Below, in pieces: positions 38,801 to 52,400 of a DNA stretch of 64,000 bases. The DNA is from Octopus bimaculoides. Its lineage: Eukaryota. The stretch's first letter is position 1; each line of letters opens with the position of its first letter. A program made the position numbers and the translations under genes. A model generated the notes under the pieces. That model was not told the origin of the DNA and did not search any database. It worked only from the letters and a program-made list of their open reading frames with translations. The DNA is taken from assembly GCF_001194135.2 (NCBI RefSeq), contig NC_068984.1:87397656-87461655 (forward strand). The letters are read 5' to 3'.

Positions 38801-41800
38801 GGCAGTCTGCATAGAACTGAAGTGTGTTAGGAACTGAGGAAGAGGAAAGTGGATGTGCGCTGTGTGTAGGAGGTTAGAGGGGCCAGGGTGCAAGATTTGT
38901 GTAAGGGGGTCAATGGAAGAAGGTACAAGTTGTGGTGCTTGGGAAATGGCAAGGGGACTGGAGGTATGGGAGCTTTGGTGAAGGAAAAAATTTGCGAGAA
39001 GGTAGTGGAGGTCAGGAGAAAGAGTGACAAAGTGATGACAGTAGTATCAGCATTTGAGGAAGAAGTGGTGAGAGTATGGTCTGCAAATTGGGAGAGGGAT
39101 CATTGAGAAAGAGCAGTTCTTTGATGAAATGGCGAGTGAGTGGGACTTACATAAGACAGATGAATTGGTTTTGGGCATGGGTGATTTTAATGGACATTCT
39201 GGGGAAATGGATCCAGGGCTTTTGAGGGTGTGCATAGGGGAAAGGGAATTGGGGAGAGAAATATGAAAGGAAGGATGCTGTTTGAGTTTTGCAATGAGAA
39301 GGGGTTGTGTGGTGAACATGTGGCTTAGGAAAACAGAGCAAAGGAAGGTGACTTTCAGTGCAGGAGAGAATGAGACAGATTGATTTCATGTTGGTTGGCA
39401 TGGAAAACAGAAAGTATCTGAAAGATGTGAAGACAATACCTGGGGAGTTACAGCAAAGGTTGGTGGTTGCTGACTTGAATAAGGGGAAAGTTAAAAAGCA
39501 TGTGAGAAAGGGAACGGTTGGGAGGAGAAAGGTGTGGAAACTGAAGGAAGAAGAAACAAGAGCAAGGTTTGAAGAGGGAGTTGGGGAGTATTGATGCACT
39601 GGATTTGTGGATGTCTTTTAAGGAAGGGGTACTAAAGGCATGTGACAAAGTGTGTGTAAGGATGAAAAGTAGGAGAAATCGAGGAGATACGTGGTAGTGG
39701 AATGAGGAGGTGAGGGATGCGATAGCGAGGAAGAAGGAGGCACAAAGCTTTATGTAATAATAGGAGTGAACAAATGAAAGCCAGGTATATTAACATGAAG
39801 AATCTTGCAAAGAGGGTAGTTGCAAGATCTATGAGGAAGGAGGCTGAGGAAGTTGAGCGTGCTGGATGAGAACCCAGATAGAGTGTTTAGGTTTATGAAA
39901 TCAATGAAAAAAGATGGAAGAGATGTTGGAGGAGGAAGATGTATGAGGTGGGGTGATGGCAGGTTGAATTTTACTGAGAAGGATGGGAAGAGTTTGGAAA
40001 GAGCATGTGAGGGAATTATGAATGAGGAGAATGAATGGGATCAGAGGGTGGAAGCTGCTGTGGTGAAGGGGCCAGTGGAGAGGGTTAGTCGGAAAGAAAT
40101 AGTGGAGGCAATGAAGGAAATGAAAACAGGAAAGGCAGCTGGTCCATCAGAAGTAAGTGTGGAAATGATAATTGCAAGTGGAGAGATAGGGATTGTTGTG
40201 ATGATGGAGCTCTGCCACAGTGTGCTGGATGGAAGAGGAATGCCAGATGATTGGGCACTAAGTGTGGTGGTACTGAGCTTCAAGGAGAAAAGGAGATGAG
40301 ATGAGTTGTGGGGCGTATAGAGGAGTGAAGTTATTGGAGTATGCAATGAAGATAATGGAAAGGGTGTTGGAGAGGAGAATTTGGAAAGGGGTGGATGTGA
40401 ACAAGATGCAATTTGATTTTATGCCAGGAAAGGGGACAAGTGATGCAGTGTTCATTGTAAAGAAATTCCAAGAGGAGTACCGAGATAAGGAGGAGTTGTA
40501 CATGTGCTTCATTGATCTGGAGAAGGCATTTGATAGGGTTCCAAGGAAGGTGATTGAGTAGGCATTGAGGAGGAGAGGTGTACTAGAGGTAATAGTGAGG
40601 GTAGTGATGAGTTGGTATGAAGGGGTGAAAACGAGAGTTAGAGTTGGATCAGAGCTGTTAGAGGACTTTGCAGTGAAAGGTGGTGTGCATCAGGGATCAG
40701 TGTTGTTTGCAATAGTGGTTGATGTGATGATGGAGAGTGCAAGAAAGAGATTGATAATGGAAATACTGTTTGCAGATGACCTTGTTCTAATGAGTGAGAT
40801 GATGGAGGGATTGAGGGAGAAGTTTCGGAAATAGAAGTAGGTGTTTGAAAGCAAAGGTTTGAAGGTAACCCTCAGGAAGACAAAGATGATGGTGAATGGG
40901 GTGGAAGGAGAAGTGTTAACGAGTAAGGTAGATCCATGTGGTGTATGTGGGAGGAGGGTAATGGCAAATGTAGTGTTGTGTACGAAATGTAGGAAATGGG
41001 TTCATGGTAGATGTATGAAAATGAAGAAGGTGACCCCAAGACTGGCAAGAGATTTTATTTGTGAAAGATGTGAGAAAAGAGCTGGAGGGCTGGTGGAACC
41101 AGTGGAAATACTATGTGACGAAGTAGAAACAGCGAGAGAGTTTTGTTATTTGAGAGATAGGGTGGATGTAAAGCAGCTATGACAGCAAGAGCAAGACTTG
41201 GCTGAGTGAAGTTCAGGGAATGTGGAGCATTATTATATAGGAAAAGGTTCTCCTTGAAGATGAAAGGAAGGGTTTCACAAAGTTGTGTGAGATCTGCAAT
41301 GTTGTATGGGATGAGACACAAGGGAAAATGAAATGGCAATTTTGAGAAGGACTGAGAGAGCAATGTGTGGTGTAAAACTATTGAATAAAAGGAGGGCTGA
41401 GGACTTGATGGAGATGCTGGGGTTGGAGGAATTGGTGAAACAGCTGGCAAGGGTGAATGGAGTGTGGTGGTATGGACGTGTTGAGGAGGGATGAGGATCG
41501 TGTTCTGAGGAGAGTTCTTGAGTTTAAGGTGAATGAATTGCGAATGTGAGGTCAACCAAAGAAAATGTGGAGGAGGAGATTGGGAGGGTTGGCTTAAGGA
41601 GGGAGGATGCCCAGAATTGGGCGTGATGGTGTGACAGCAGTTGCTGTAAGAGTGAGATAGATCCGGTCACCCCCATTAACAGGGACAAACTCAGATTTAA
41701 AATATTGGACATCAAATTGTTATTTTCTCAAATCAATACAACTGCATATGATATACATGCAACTGAATACTGTATGTGTATATATGTCTGTCTGTTTGTC

Positions 41801-41890
41801 AATTGAGACATATATATATATAAAGAGAGAGAAAAGGAAAAAGAGACCAATACCCTTCATAACCTTATATATATATACCCTTCATAACCT

Positions 41891-41957
<67 letters not shown>

Positions 41958-43361
41958 CACCAGAGTAAGCACATTTCTAACAAAACTGTCCGATGAACAG
42001 GAACGTGAAACTCAGAGTAACAGTCTTTTGTTATATTTCTGCTGCTTTTAAATAAAGTATATATATATATATATATATATGAGGTGGTATCAAAAAGTTC
42101 CTTGACTAGTTCTATAGCATGCTAACGGATGGCAGCACATGGCTGTGTGAGGGAGTTAGCAGTGATCTTCATGAGGCAGTCTGCCAAGTGACTTTGCAAG
42201 TTGTGAAATTTGTGCTTTTGTGATCACATATATGCTGTAGTGTGCAATTTTGTCATGGATAGGAACAAAGAGCCAATGTTAAATTTTGCACTAAACTTGG
42301 GAAGTATGCTACAGAGACATTGAGCATGCTTTGGCAAGCTTACGGCGATGAGGCAATGGGTCATATACAATGTTTTGAGTGGCATAGGCACTTCAAAAGC
42401 GGAAGAACGTTCCTGGAAGACGATGAGCAATCTGGAAGGCCTCCCATGAGCATCACCCCTGGAAATGTGATATTGTGCACCGAGAATTCTTCAGGCAATG
42501 GAGAACACCTGAATGTAAATGCAGAGTGAGAAAGTCAGAATAGTGAGAGGGTGAATTATCAATTTCAAAAACAAATACACTACTACATGCATTGAGTACT
42601 CTTGCTTCAATTTTTACAGAAAGAGAAGTGGCTTCTCCAACAAGCATAAGTGTTTTCCTTTCCTTAACCTGTCTTTCTCTTTCCTTCCAACTTTCACTAC
42701 TATTCAAATCATCATCATCATCATCATTTAACTTCTATCTTCCATGCTGGCATGGGTTAGATGATTTGACAAGAGCTGGCAAGCTAAAGAGCTGCACCAG
42801 GTTTCATTGTTTGCTTTTGCATGGTTTCTTCAGTTGGATGCTCTTTATAACGCCAGTTGGTACTGACATCAGCAAGATCATCAAGTAACTTGTGAGATGA
42901 AGGTCTTTCAGATAGGAGAGGGAGTGGAACTGCAGAAAGTGCTTTGTGCCAGGTGAGAGGTTAAAGTATAATGAAGAGATAGAGATAGGTGTCATACTTG
43001 GCATCCCCAGTAGAGAAAGAGAGGAGAGGAAAGATAGATAGAACTAGAGAGAGAGATAAAGAGAGAGAAATAGATGGTGTTGGAGATCCATCTGGACCTA
43101 CCCTTGGGTAGCAGTGAGTGGAGGTGGAATATGTCATACAGAGAGGATAGACAGGGATGTTCCATAAGAGTGAAGGGAGATACTTAGATATGGGAAAGAG
43201 GTGACTGTAGCAGGTGATGGTGAGAGAGATTGGAGTAGCTGGTAGTGGAGACTTGGTAGATATATGAGGGCATGAAACCTACATGGATAGGCACATGAGA
43301 GAATGGGGCCTGCAGTAGGTAGTGATTGTGGGAAGATGGATTGTATGGGAGTTTTGACAGG

Positions 43362-43401
<40 letters not shown>

Positions 43402-46400
43402 GTGGATTATGGCCTGGCATGATTTTACTCAGCTTGACATGTTTTCTCAAGCACAGTGAATTACCAGAAGTCTTGGTCCTTGATATCCAAAGATTATTTC
43501 TCACCACTTTGCCCCATATCTTCCTGGATCTACCTACTTCTTCCACAGGTTCCCTCCACAATTAGAGATTGGCACTTTATGCAGCTGTCATCCATATGCC
43601 TAACATGTCCATACCAGTGCAGTTTTCTCTCGCACACTACATTTGATGCCTCTTTTGCCCAACTTTTCTCTTAAAACTATTACACTTGGTTGTACATACA
43701 TACTAACATTGTTTATCGCCACTTCAATATGACTATTCCCATAGGAACTGATGTTACTACTGTTTTTAACCCCAGAGAGGAAGAAGTTGTCATACATAAC
43801 TGGATGTCTTGTGCAATGTAGTTCTTCATCATCTGGTTTCACACCAACTGTAATTCTTTGTTACCCAGCTTCACACCAACTGTAGTACATTGTCACCCAG
43901 CTTCTCACTCTTGGTCAGCTGACCACCATGCGTTCACTCACCAAAAATTAATAAGGAGAACATGCAACATGCTTTAAACCAGTCATGTGATCAATGAACA
44001 TTATTTCTCATTAGAATTATGAATCTATTATTCATTTTCTTTTGTAGAACTAGAGAACAGTATTTTGAGTAGCATCATTTTAAATTATATTTATCAAATT
44101 AATTCTTCCATTTGCTGCAGATGATTGCCTGCCAAACTATAATAATATTGAACAGCTTACTATCACAGTAAATAGAACTTTATTCTATCTTTCATAATAA
44201 TCCTTTTGGCATGGATACATTTTCCTTACTTTTTCTTTGTTGCTTCTGTACTTTCTTCAAATGTTTATTGCTACTATAAACATTTAAAAAATTTTCTTTC
44301 TCAGACAAAAGGACTTTATTTGAAATATCAGTGTCCTGGACTCTAACCTACCTCTATGGCATACAGACTTATCTAAATTTGCAAATTTGTTTTAGGCTTG
44401 CTGTTGTTGGTGTTACAGACCAGTTGTTGCATTATCAGATATCCAGAGAAAAATATATTGAAGATGTGATGTTACTACAGTCTCATTTATCAAGACACAA
44501 TAGAAGGTAAACTACATTTTTTTACTCTTTATTTTTTTCTCTGGAATATCTTATTTCTTGTCTATATTCTTAAAGGATTAAATAAAATAGATAAATTTCT
44601 CTAGAGAATGAAAATATGAATTGCTTTAAAAGGATGTGGATTTAAGGTACTAATTACATTTATGCTATAAAAGTATATCTTTTTTGCATGGGTTGGATGG
44701 CTCCTTTCCAGCGCAGTATCTCACCATTTGTTGCATCTTTTGTCAGGTTCAGCATCTTAAGGTCAACTTTTACTACTTCCATTCATGTCTTCTATGGTTT
44801 TCCTCTTCCAGAATTTCCAAATAAATGCCAAGAGATCTACTACTTGGATCTCTTGGCTCTTCTTTAACTATCTGTTACTGGTCCATATTGCATTGCACAT
44901 GTTTGTACCAATGCAGTTTTCTGTCTTGCACATAACCACTGATTGCTCTTATAACTCTTACAGCTTTTCAAATATTCAGTTGTAACATCATCATCATCTT
45001 CGTTTAACGTTCGCCAGAAAGGCGATACTGGGCACAGGTGCCGAGAGTCATTATCATTAATGATATGGTTATGAAAGTTTAGTAAAAAGGAAAAAAATCC
45101 TATTATAGCAATAATAAACTTCTGAAATACAAAAATAGCCCAGGACAAAGTAGTTTTGATAAGATGCAGTTGGGCTGTGTGTCAGCACTTGGAAATATAT
45201 ATGCCATTTCTTTGTGAGGCAACTTCAAGGAATTCTTTAAAAAATTAAGTTAATCTAGTGCCTTTACTGTTCTAAAGAAGGCTATTGACAATATTCCACA
45301 CTCAATTGTCTGGTGAGTGTCAATAAACTAGGGTGGTGATGAATGATTTGGAAGAACCATTAGAATGATGTATGAGAATTCTCTATGCAGAAATAATGCC
45401 AGTAATTGAAAACATGAGAAGAAGTGTATCTCTGTTACTGATCTCTAACAAAGTGCCTATCTTTAAATGTGGGAGGGACCTTGTGGAAGAGGTAGACTCA
45501 AGAAGATGTGGGACAAGGTAGTGATATATGATCTTCAGATGTTGAGTCTCACAGAGGCGATGACAAGAGACTAAGACTTTTGGTGATTTGCTGTTGAGAA
45601 TTGTAGTTGTGGCCAGTGCCAAAGATACATGAACAGCACCTTTACCAGAGACCAGTAAAAGATACCCATGTTGATGACATGTAAAAGACACCCTTGTCAG
45701 TGACACATAAAAGGTACTCATGTCAGTGACACGTAAAAGGCACCTGTACTGGTGACATGTTAAAGGTATCTGTGCCAGTGGCATGTAAAAGACACCCAAT
45801 ACACTCTGTGGAGTGGTTGGCATTAAGAAAGGCATCCAGCCATAGAAACCAAGCCAAAACATGACTGGAGCCTGATGCAGCTCTTTGGCTTACCAACTCC
45901 AGTCAAACTGTCTAATCCATTCTAGCATGGAAAATGGATGCTAAATGTGATGATGGTGTTGTTGATATGTGATGTCAAGATAGAAATGAGTGGTGTTATC
46001 TCATAACTCAAGAACAGTCTAAATCATCCTGCTTAATGAATGCTTGTTAAAATTATAGTGATTGGTTGAAACCTTGTTTGCAGCATGGACCAATTAATGC
46101 TGGTGATTAGATTTTCAACTATAACACATATATACTTACTCCAATGTTTATGTTGAGAAAAATTTCAACTTCATTCTTTGTTTCCTGTTTGTATTCATTT
46201 TCATTTTTCATTTTNNNNNNNNNNNNNNNNNNNNNNNNNNNNNNNNNNNNNNNNNNNNNNNNNNNNNNNNNNNNNNNNNNNNNNNNNNNNNNNNNNNNNN
46301 NNNNNNNNNNNNNNNNNNNNNNNNNNNNNNNNNNNNNNNNNNNNNNNNNNNNNNNNNNNNNNNNNNNNNNNNNNNNNNNNNNNNNNNNNNNNNNNNNNNN

Positions 46401-49365
46401 NNNNNNNNNNNNNNNNNNNNNNNNNNNNNNNNNNNNNNNNNNNNNNNNNNNNNNNNNNNNNNNNNNNNNNNNNNNNNNNNNNNNNNNNNNNNNNNNNNNN
46501 NNNNNNNNNNNNNNNNNNNNNNNNNNNNNNNNNNNNNNNNNNNNNNNNNNNNNNNNNNNNNNNNNNNNNNNNNNNNNNNNNNNNNNNNNNNNNNNNNNNN
46601 NNNNNNNNNNNNNNNNNNNNNNNNNNNNNNNNNNNNNNNNNNNNNNNNNCTCCCTCCTTGGGTTTGTTGACTTGCAAGCTACATGATGACCTCACTAGTG
46701 CTGGTGGCATGAAGAAAAGCACCCAGTATACACTGTAAAATGGTTGGCATTAAGGAAGGGCATCCAGCTGTAGAAACCATGCCAAAGCAGACATTAGAGC
46801 ATGCTCCTTATCATCAGCTCCTTATCAAACCATCCAAACCATATCAGCCCTTCTCCAATCTTTACAGATGTTAACCTACCTCCCTCTCCCATTTCCCCTA
46901 TTTAATCTTGCATCCCCCCCACTTTCCCCACCCACTATGATGAAGATGATGCTGATGATGATGATGAAGGTGGTGGTGGTGGTGGTGGTGGTGGCAGCAC
47001 CTGCTTCTGTTGCTGCTGTTCTGAAAGTTTCAGATGTAATTTTGTAACATCTAACATAACATATATCCAGTATACTATTAGTTTTATAAAACATTTATGT
47101 AAAATTGAAGCATTGGAGGTTTTTATTCCCAAGAGGTGTTTATTTGCAAATCTGCTTCAGGCACCAGAAAGTAGACAATTTATTCTGCTGTTAGGAATTA
47201 TAGACTGCAAAGGCAACTAACTTCTTTTGTTATTTATAACTCCATGCTAACTTTGGCAAGTCTTGTATGCTGGCTAGGCTAGTTCTGCTGGAAGAGTGAA
47301 GCAACAAGTTTGTAAAATATGCTGCAGAATTGTCATCTTATAGCTTGCCAAAAATATTTGCATCCAACCTCATTATTATTATTTTCACACTGGTGCTCCA
47401 GCATGACCACAGCTGCATAGCTGAAACAAGTAAAAGAGCAAATGAATGTTTTAGTGTATTAATAATATGCTATAAACATTAAAAATATTAAATGTACTTT
47501 TGCATACACAAATGTTTTGTAAATATTCTGCATAGCATTCTGTTTAACTGTATCTTGAAAAGAATTACATCATAGAATAATCAAATTAGCTTTTCAGTTG
47601 CATATCTCAGGTGGGAGCATCATCATTCCATTAAATGTGTTTATGGGAAGAAAAATGTTGAAAAACATCAAAAACATCAAATACAGAGTGACAAAGAAAT
47701 AAAGAAGGTATCAGGTGGTCATGAGTTGTGCTAAAACTAACAGCTAGATTGCTCTTAATCCACGCACAAAAGACTTTTTCCTTTTCATAATTGTATGTTT
47801 AGAACACAAATTCACAACCCTTTTCTGAAAATTCCAAAAAGTAAAAAGAGTATGAGAGGTTATATGGAGTGCTAAAATCAGAACTCTGCCATCTTTATAC
47901 TAAAATTCAAATTCTGCTTGTCTATTTCTGCGTTTCATGATTTTAGATAAGCAATCCCTTGTGATAAAATATTTTGACTAATCTACTCTCAGACACAATC
48001 CTTTAAACCCATTTTATAAAAATATTTTCAGCATTTTTGAGCCTAGAATCCTTCAAACAGAATTTTGTTTGTTATTATATCAACTTGTAAATTTAGCAAA
48101 AACTAAAGTTCTAGTAAGCAGGAAAACAGACAAATCACAAATCACTTCAGAGAGATGGCCCTGTTTGATATGTAGGAAAGGTGTTGGTACAAAATCTATA
48201 TGCTGGTGCCACATATAAAACACACATGCCAGTGCCACATATAAAGCAACTGTGCAGGTGCCATGTATAAAGTACCTGTGCTGGCTGGAGTCACATGCAA
48301 AGCACTCATGACAGTTCCACGGATTAAGGACCCTTGCCAGTGTCATGTATAAAGCACCTGTTCCAGTCCTATATAAAAAGCACCCAGTATGCTCAAAGTG
48401 GTTGGTGTTAGGAAGGGCATCCGGCCATAGAAACAGACAATTGAAGCCTGGACAGCTCTCTGGCTGACCAGCTCCTGTCAAACTGTCCAACCCATGCCAG
48501 CATGGAAATGGATGTTACATGATGACGATAATGACGATAAATTTATCGTCTGACTCCTATTTAGAATTGTTGACAAATACAGGATGTTGATAAGCGTGCT
48601 GTATACAATATTGTTTACTTTGTTGCTGGTTTTGTTTATTGTTTCTTCCTTTCTTTCAAGATGGTGTGTGAAGATGAAACTGAATATTAACAAGCACCTT
48701 AGTTTCTTTATATATATATATATACTAGCAGTATAGCCCGGCTTTGCCCGGAATTAAGTTGGGATTATTAAGCTAATCAAGTTCTTTATTTCAAACCAAA
48801 CTAAGTAACATCGATGTCAAATTTGGGCAGAATCAGTGTTGCAACTGGAGCGCATGGGTTGGGAGTTTGATCGGCAGAGGTGATCAGGTTACACATGCCA
48901 TCCCTTTGAAAACACCACTGCCATCATCTAACCCCTCTTTGCCCATGGGTTAGGGACCCTTCCAGCAAGGAAAATAGAATGACCAAAAGGGCTCCTGATC
49001 CTCTGTGTCAGAAGCGGTTCTGTTCAGATCACAANNNNNNNNNNNNNNNNNNNNNNNNNNNNNNNNNNNNNNNNNNNNNNNNNNNNNNNNNNNNNNNNNN
49101 NNNNNNNNNNNNNNNNNNNNNNNNNNNNNNNNNNNNNNNNNNNNNNNNNNNNNNNNNNNNNNNNNNNNNNNNNNNNNNNNNNNNNNNNNNNNNNNNNNNN
49201 NNNNNNNNNNNNNNNNNNNNNNNNNNNNNNNNNNNNNNNNNNNNNNNNNNNNNNNNNNNNNNNNNNNNNNNNNNNNNNNNNNNNNNNNNNNNNNNNNNNN
49301 NNNNNNNNNNNNNNNNNNNNNNNNNNNNNNNNNNNNNNNNNNNNNNNNNNNNTCAATTTATCATC

Positions 49366-49405
<40 letters not shown>

Positions 49406-52400
49406 ATATATATATATGTATATATGAGCAACACACACATACACACACGCACGTATGTACACCAATTGCATACATATTTTTTGTACGCATACATGTTCGT
49501 ATGTGTGTGTGTATGTTGCCCGTATATCAACAAAACACACACACCTTGCCTTACATATATATACGGATAAATGATTTAAAATAAATATATTTTGGAAATG
49601 GCGATTTATGGTACAATACCTAGAAACATGAAAATCAGACCACATGGGTTTGTTTACATCAATTCGGCAGTTTCCATAAAAAGTGTTGGGAAAGAACGCG
49701 AAAGAGATAGAGAGAGCGTGCTCTCCCTCTCTATCTCTCTCCCTTCCTTACACACATGCCAGTTATCTTTCTTTCTTTCTCTCTCTCTCTCTCCCTGTCT
49801 CTCACACACAGCAACATTACACACACACACATGCTGCTCTCTCACACTAACAAAAGAACTTCACATACACACCACACTTTCTGTCTTGCATACTCATTAT
49901 AAAAAGATAGCGTCTAGTTCTTTTTGGCAACATGTGTTTTGTGTGTAATGTTGCTGTGTGTGTGAGAGAAGGAGAGAAAGAAAGAAAGAAAGAGAGATAA
50001 CTAGCATGTGTGTGTAAGGGAGGGAGAGAGAGATAGAGAGAGGGAAGGTATTTTTTTCTTTTTGCTTGTTGTTTGCTGCTTACCACACAACTGTTAAGAC
50101 GCTGTTAGACGCTGGCAAACAAAATGTAACTCTCTCACCAACATACAATTTCTCTCTCTCTCCTTCAGGCGCAAACTTCGAAATTGGTAAAAGTTATGGT
50201 TGAAAATCGATTTTTACAGGTATATGTGAGTACCTCTGAGAGAGAAAGTTGGCGAAAATGCAGATAAGGTCATGACACATCTCCTCCTAAAATTGGAGCG
50301 ACATGCGTGCTAATTTGTGGACGTGCATAAACTACATTCACATGCACACACACACACACACATCTCGACTTTTATAGATATGATATATATATCATCATCA
50401 TCATCATCATCATCGTTGTTTAACGTCCGGTTTCCATGCTAGCATGGGTTGGACATGTGTATGTATGTATATAACATGAGAAGTAATTTCTTACAAAGAA
50501 AAGTTTGATAATCATACTGTGTTGTGTTCTATATATGTATATATAAATTCATTTCAGAGGGGAGTCTATTGAAGATTCATTGCCAGTCAACAGTTTGAAG
50601 ATATTTTTTGAAGAAGAGCTGCAGCTGATTTTTTATCGACATTGGACATTATTTGAAAGTATTTGCAATTCAATCACAACTGCTTGTAAATTTAAATTGT
50701 GGACAATGAAAGGTCGTAAAAAGCTGCAAGAATTTCTTGCTGATATGGGGTAAGTGTTAGATATTGACTCTTTAAGTCTTGATCACATGGTATCTCTTGA
50801 CAGCTGATTCTGGGGTATCATGTGATTGTACCCCTCACCTTAATTTACCATTTAGCATTTAATCTGGACTTTTGGTGATTTGCTCTGTTTGAGAAGACAC
50901 ATGAAGCCAAGTGAAATTGTAGTCATGGTCAGTGCCGATGACGCGTAAAAGGTACCTGTGCTGGTGGCATGTTAAAGGCACCCACTACAATCTTGGAGTG
51001 GTGGGTGTTAAGAAGGGCATCCATCCGTAGAAACCAAACTAAATTAGACTGGAGCCTAGTACAGCTCTCCAGCTTACTAGTCCCAGTCAAACCGTCTAAC
51101 CCATACTAGCATGGAAAACGGACACTAAATGATAATGATGATGATCATCATCATACCTGTTCTATGTTAAAACTGATGAGATCCACAGTATCATTCTCAA
51201 AATGTACAAACACACCATTGATGTCTTGAAGCTATAATATAATATGTGATTAATTCAATGTGAATAAATAAGCATTACATTTGACAGAAAAATCTGAATG
51301 CTAAAGCATTAAATCTTGATTTGCTTATATATTTAGTTGTCAAGTAAATTTTCATATACTGATTAGTGAAAAATCATTTTAAATATATGATGTGAAATTT
51401 ATGTTATAATAGCTAATTTAAATGTTTGTTTTCCCCTCACTAATTTTTTTTTTTTTTTTTTGGTTTATGAAGCATGACTAAACAACTAGTTTCAAAAACA
51501 AATTTGAAGGCTTTTTTTTTTTTATCTAAGTATATTGAAATTATTGAGAGAAAAAATTTCAGTTAAATACTAAGCATGGCCTCTCTTTACTTTTACTTGT
51601 TTCATTCATTTGACTGTGGCCATGTTGGGGCACCGCCTTGAAGGGTTTTAGTTGAACAAATTGACCCCAGGACTTATTTTCTTTAAGTCTAGTACTTATT
51701 CTATTGGTCTCTTTTGCCAAACCGCTAAGTTATGGGAACATAAGCACACCAACACGGTTGTCGAGCAGTGGTAGGAGACAAACACAGACACAAAGATACG
51801 CATGCATAGGCATGCACACACACACACATAATGAGCTTCTTCCAGTTTCTGTCTATCAAATCCACTCACAAGGCTTTGGTTGGCCCTAGGTTACAGTAAA
51901 AGACACTTGCCAAAGGTGCTATGCAGTGGGACTGAACCTGGAACCATGTGGTTGGGAAGCAAGCTTCTTAACACAAAGGAAAATTAGAGCAGATGCTTCA
52001 TACATATCTGAATAGACTTTTAGTTATACCCTTGAAAAATGAGATGGTTGACATCTTGTTTTTCTTCACTTTGTAATCAAGGAAAACGGATGGTTGTGTT
52101 TAATATCTTCTATCTTTTGTTGGCCTGAGGCTATAACAGAAGACATTTGTTCAAGGTGCTGCACAGTGGAACTGAACCCAAAACCAACCACACAATCATG
52201 TCTACACCTATTTGGTAGGAATTTCAACCATGTTTCGTGGTCTGCTACCACAACAGCTCCTTTATAGGATCCAGTTAGCTCAAGACATCATCAGGAGTAA
52301 CCACGTCCGGTTTCGGCCCCTACTCCTCTACCGTTTTGACGTGGCGAGGCCCCCCCCCCTTTCGGAGGTGTCTTCAGCTCTGGTGTTGGGTGCATGTCTT

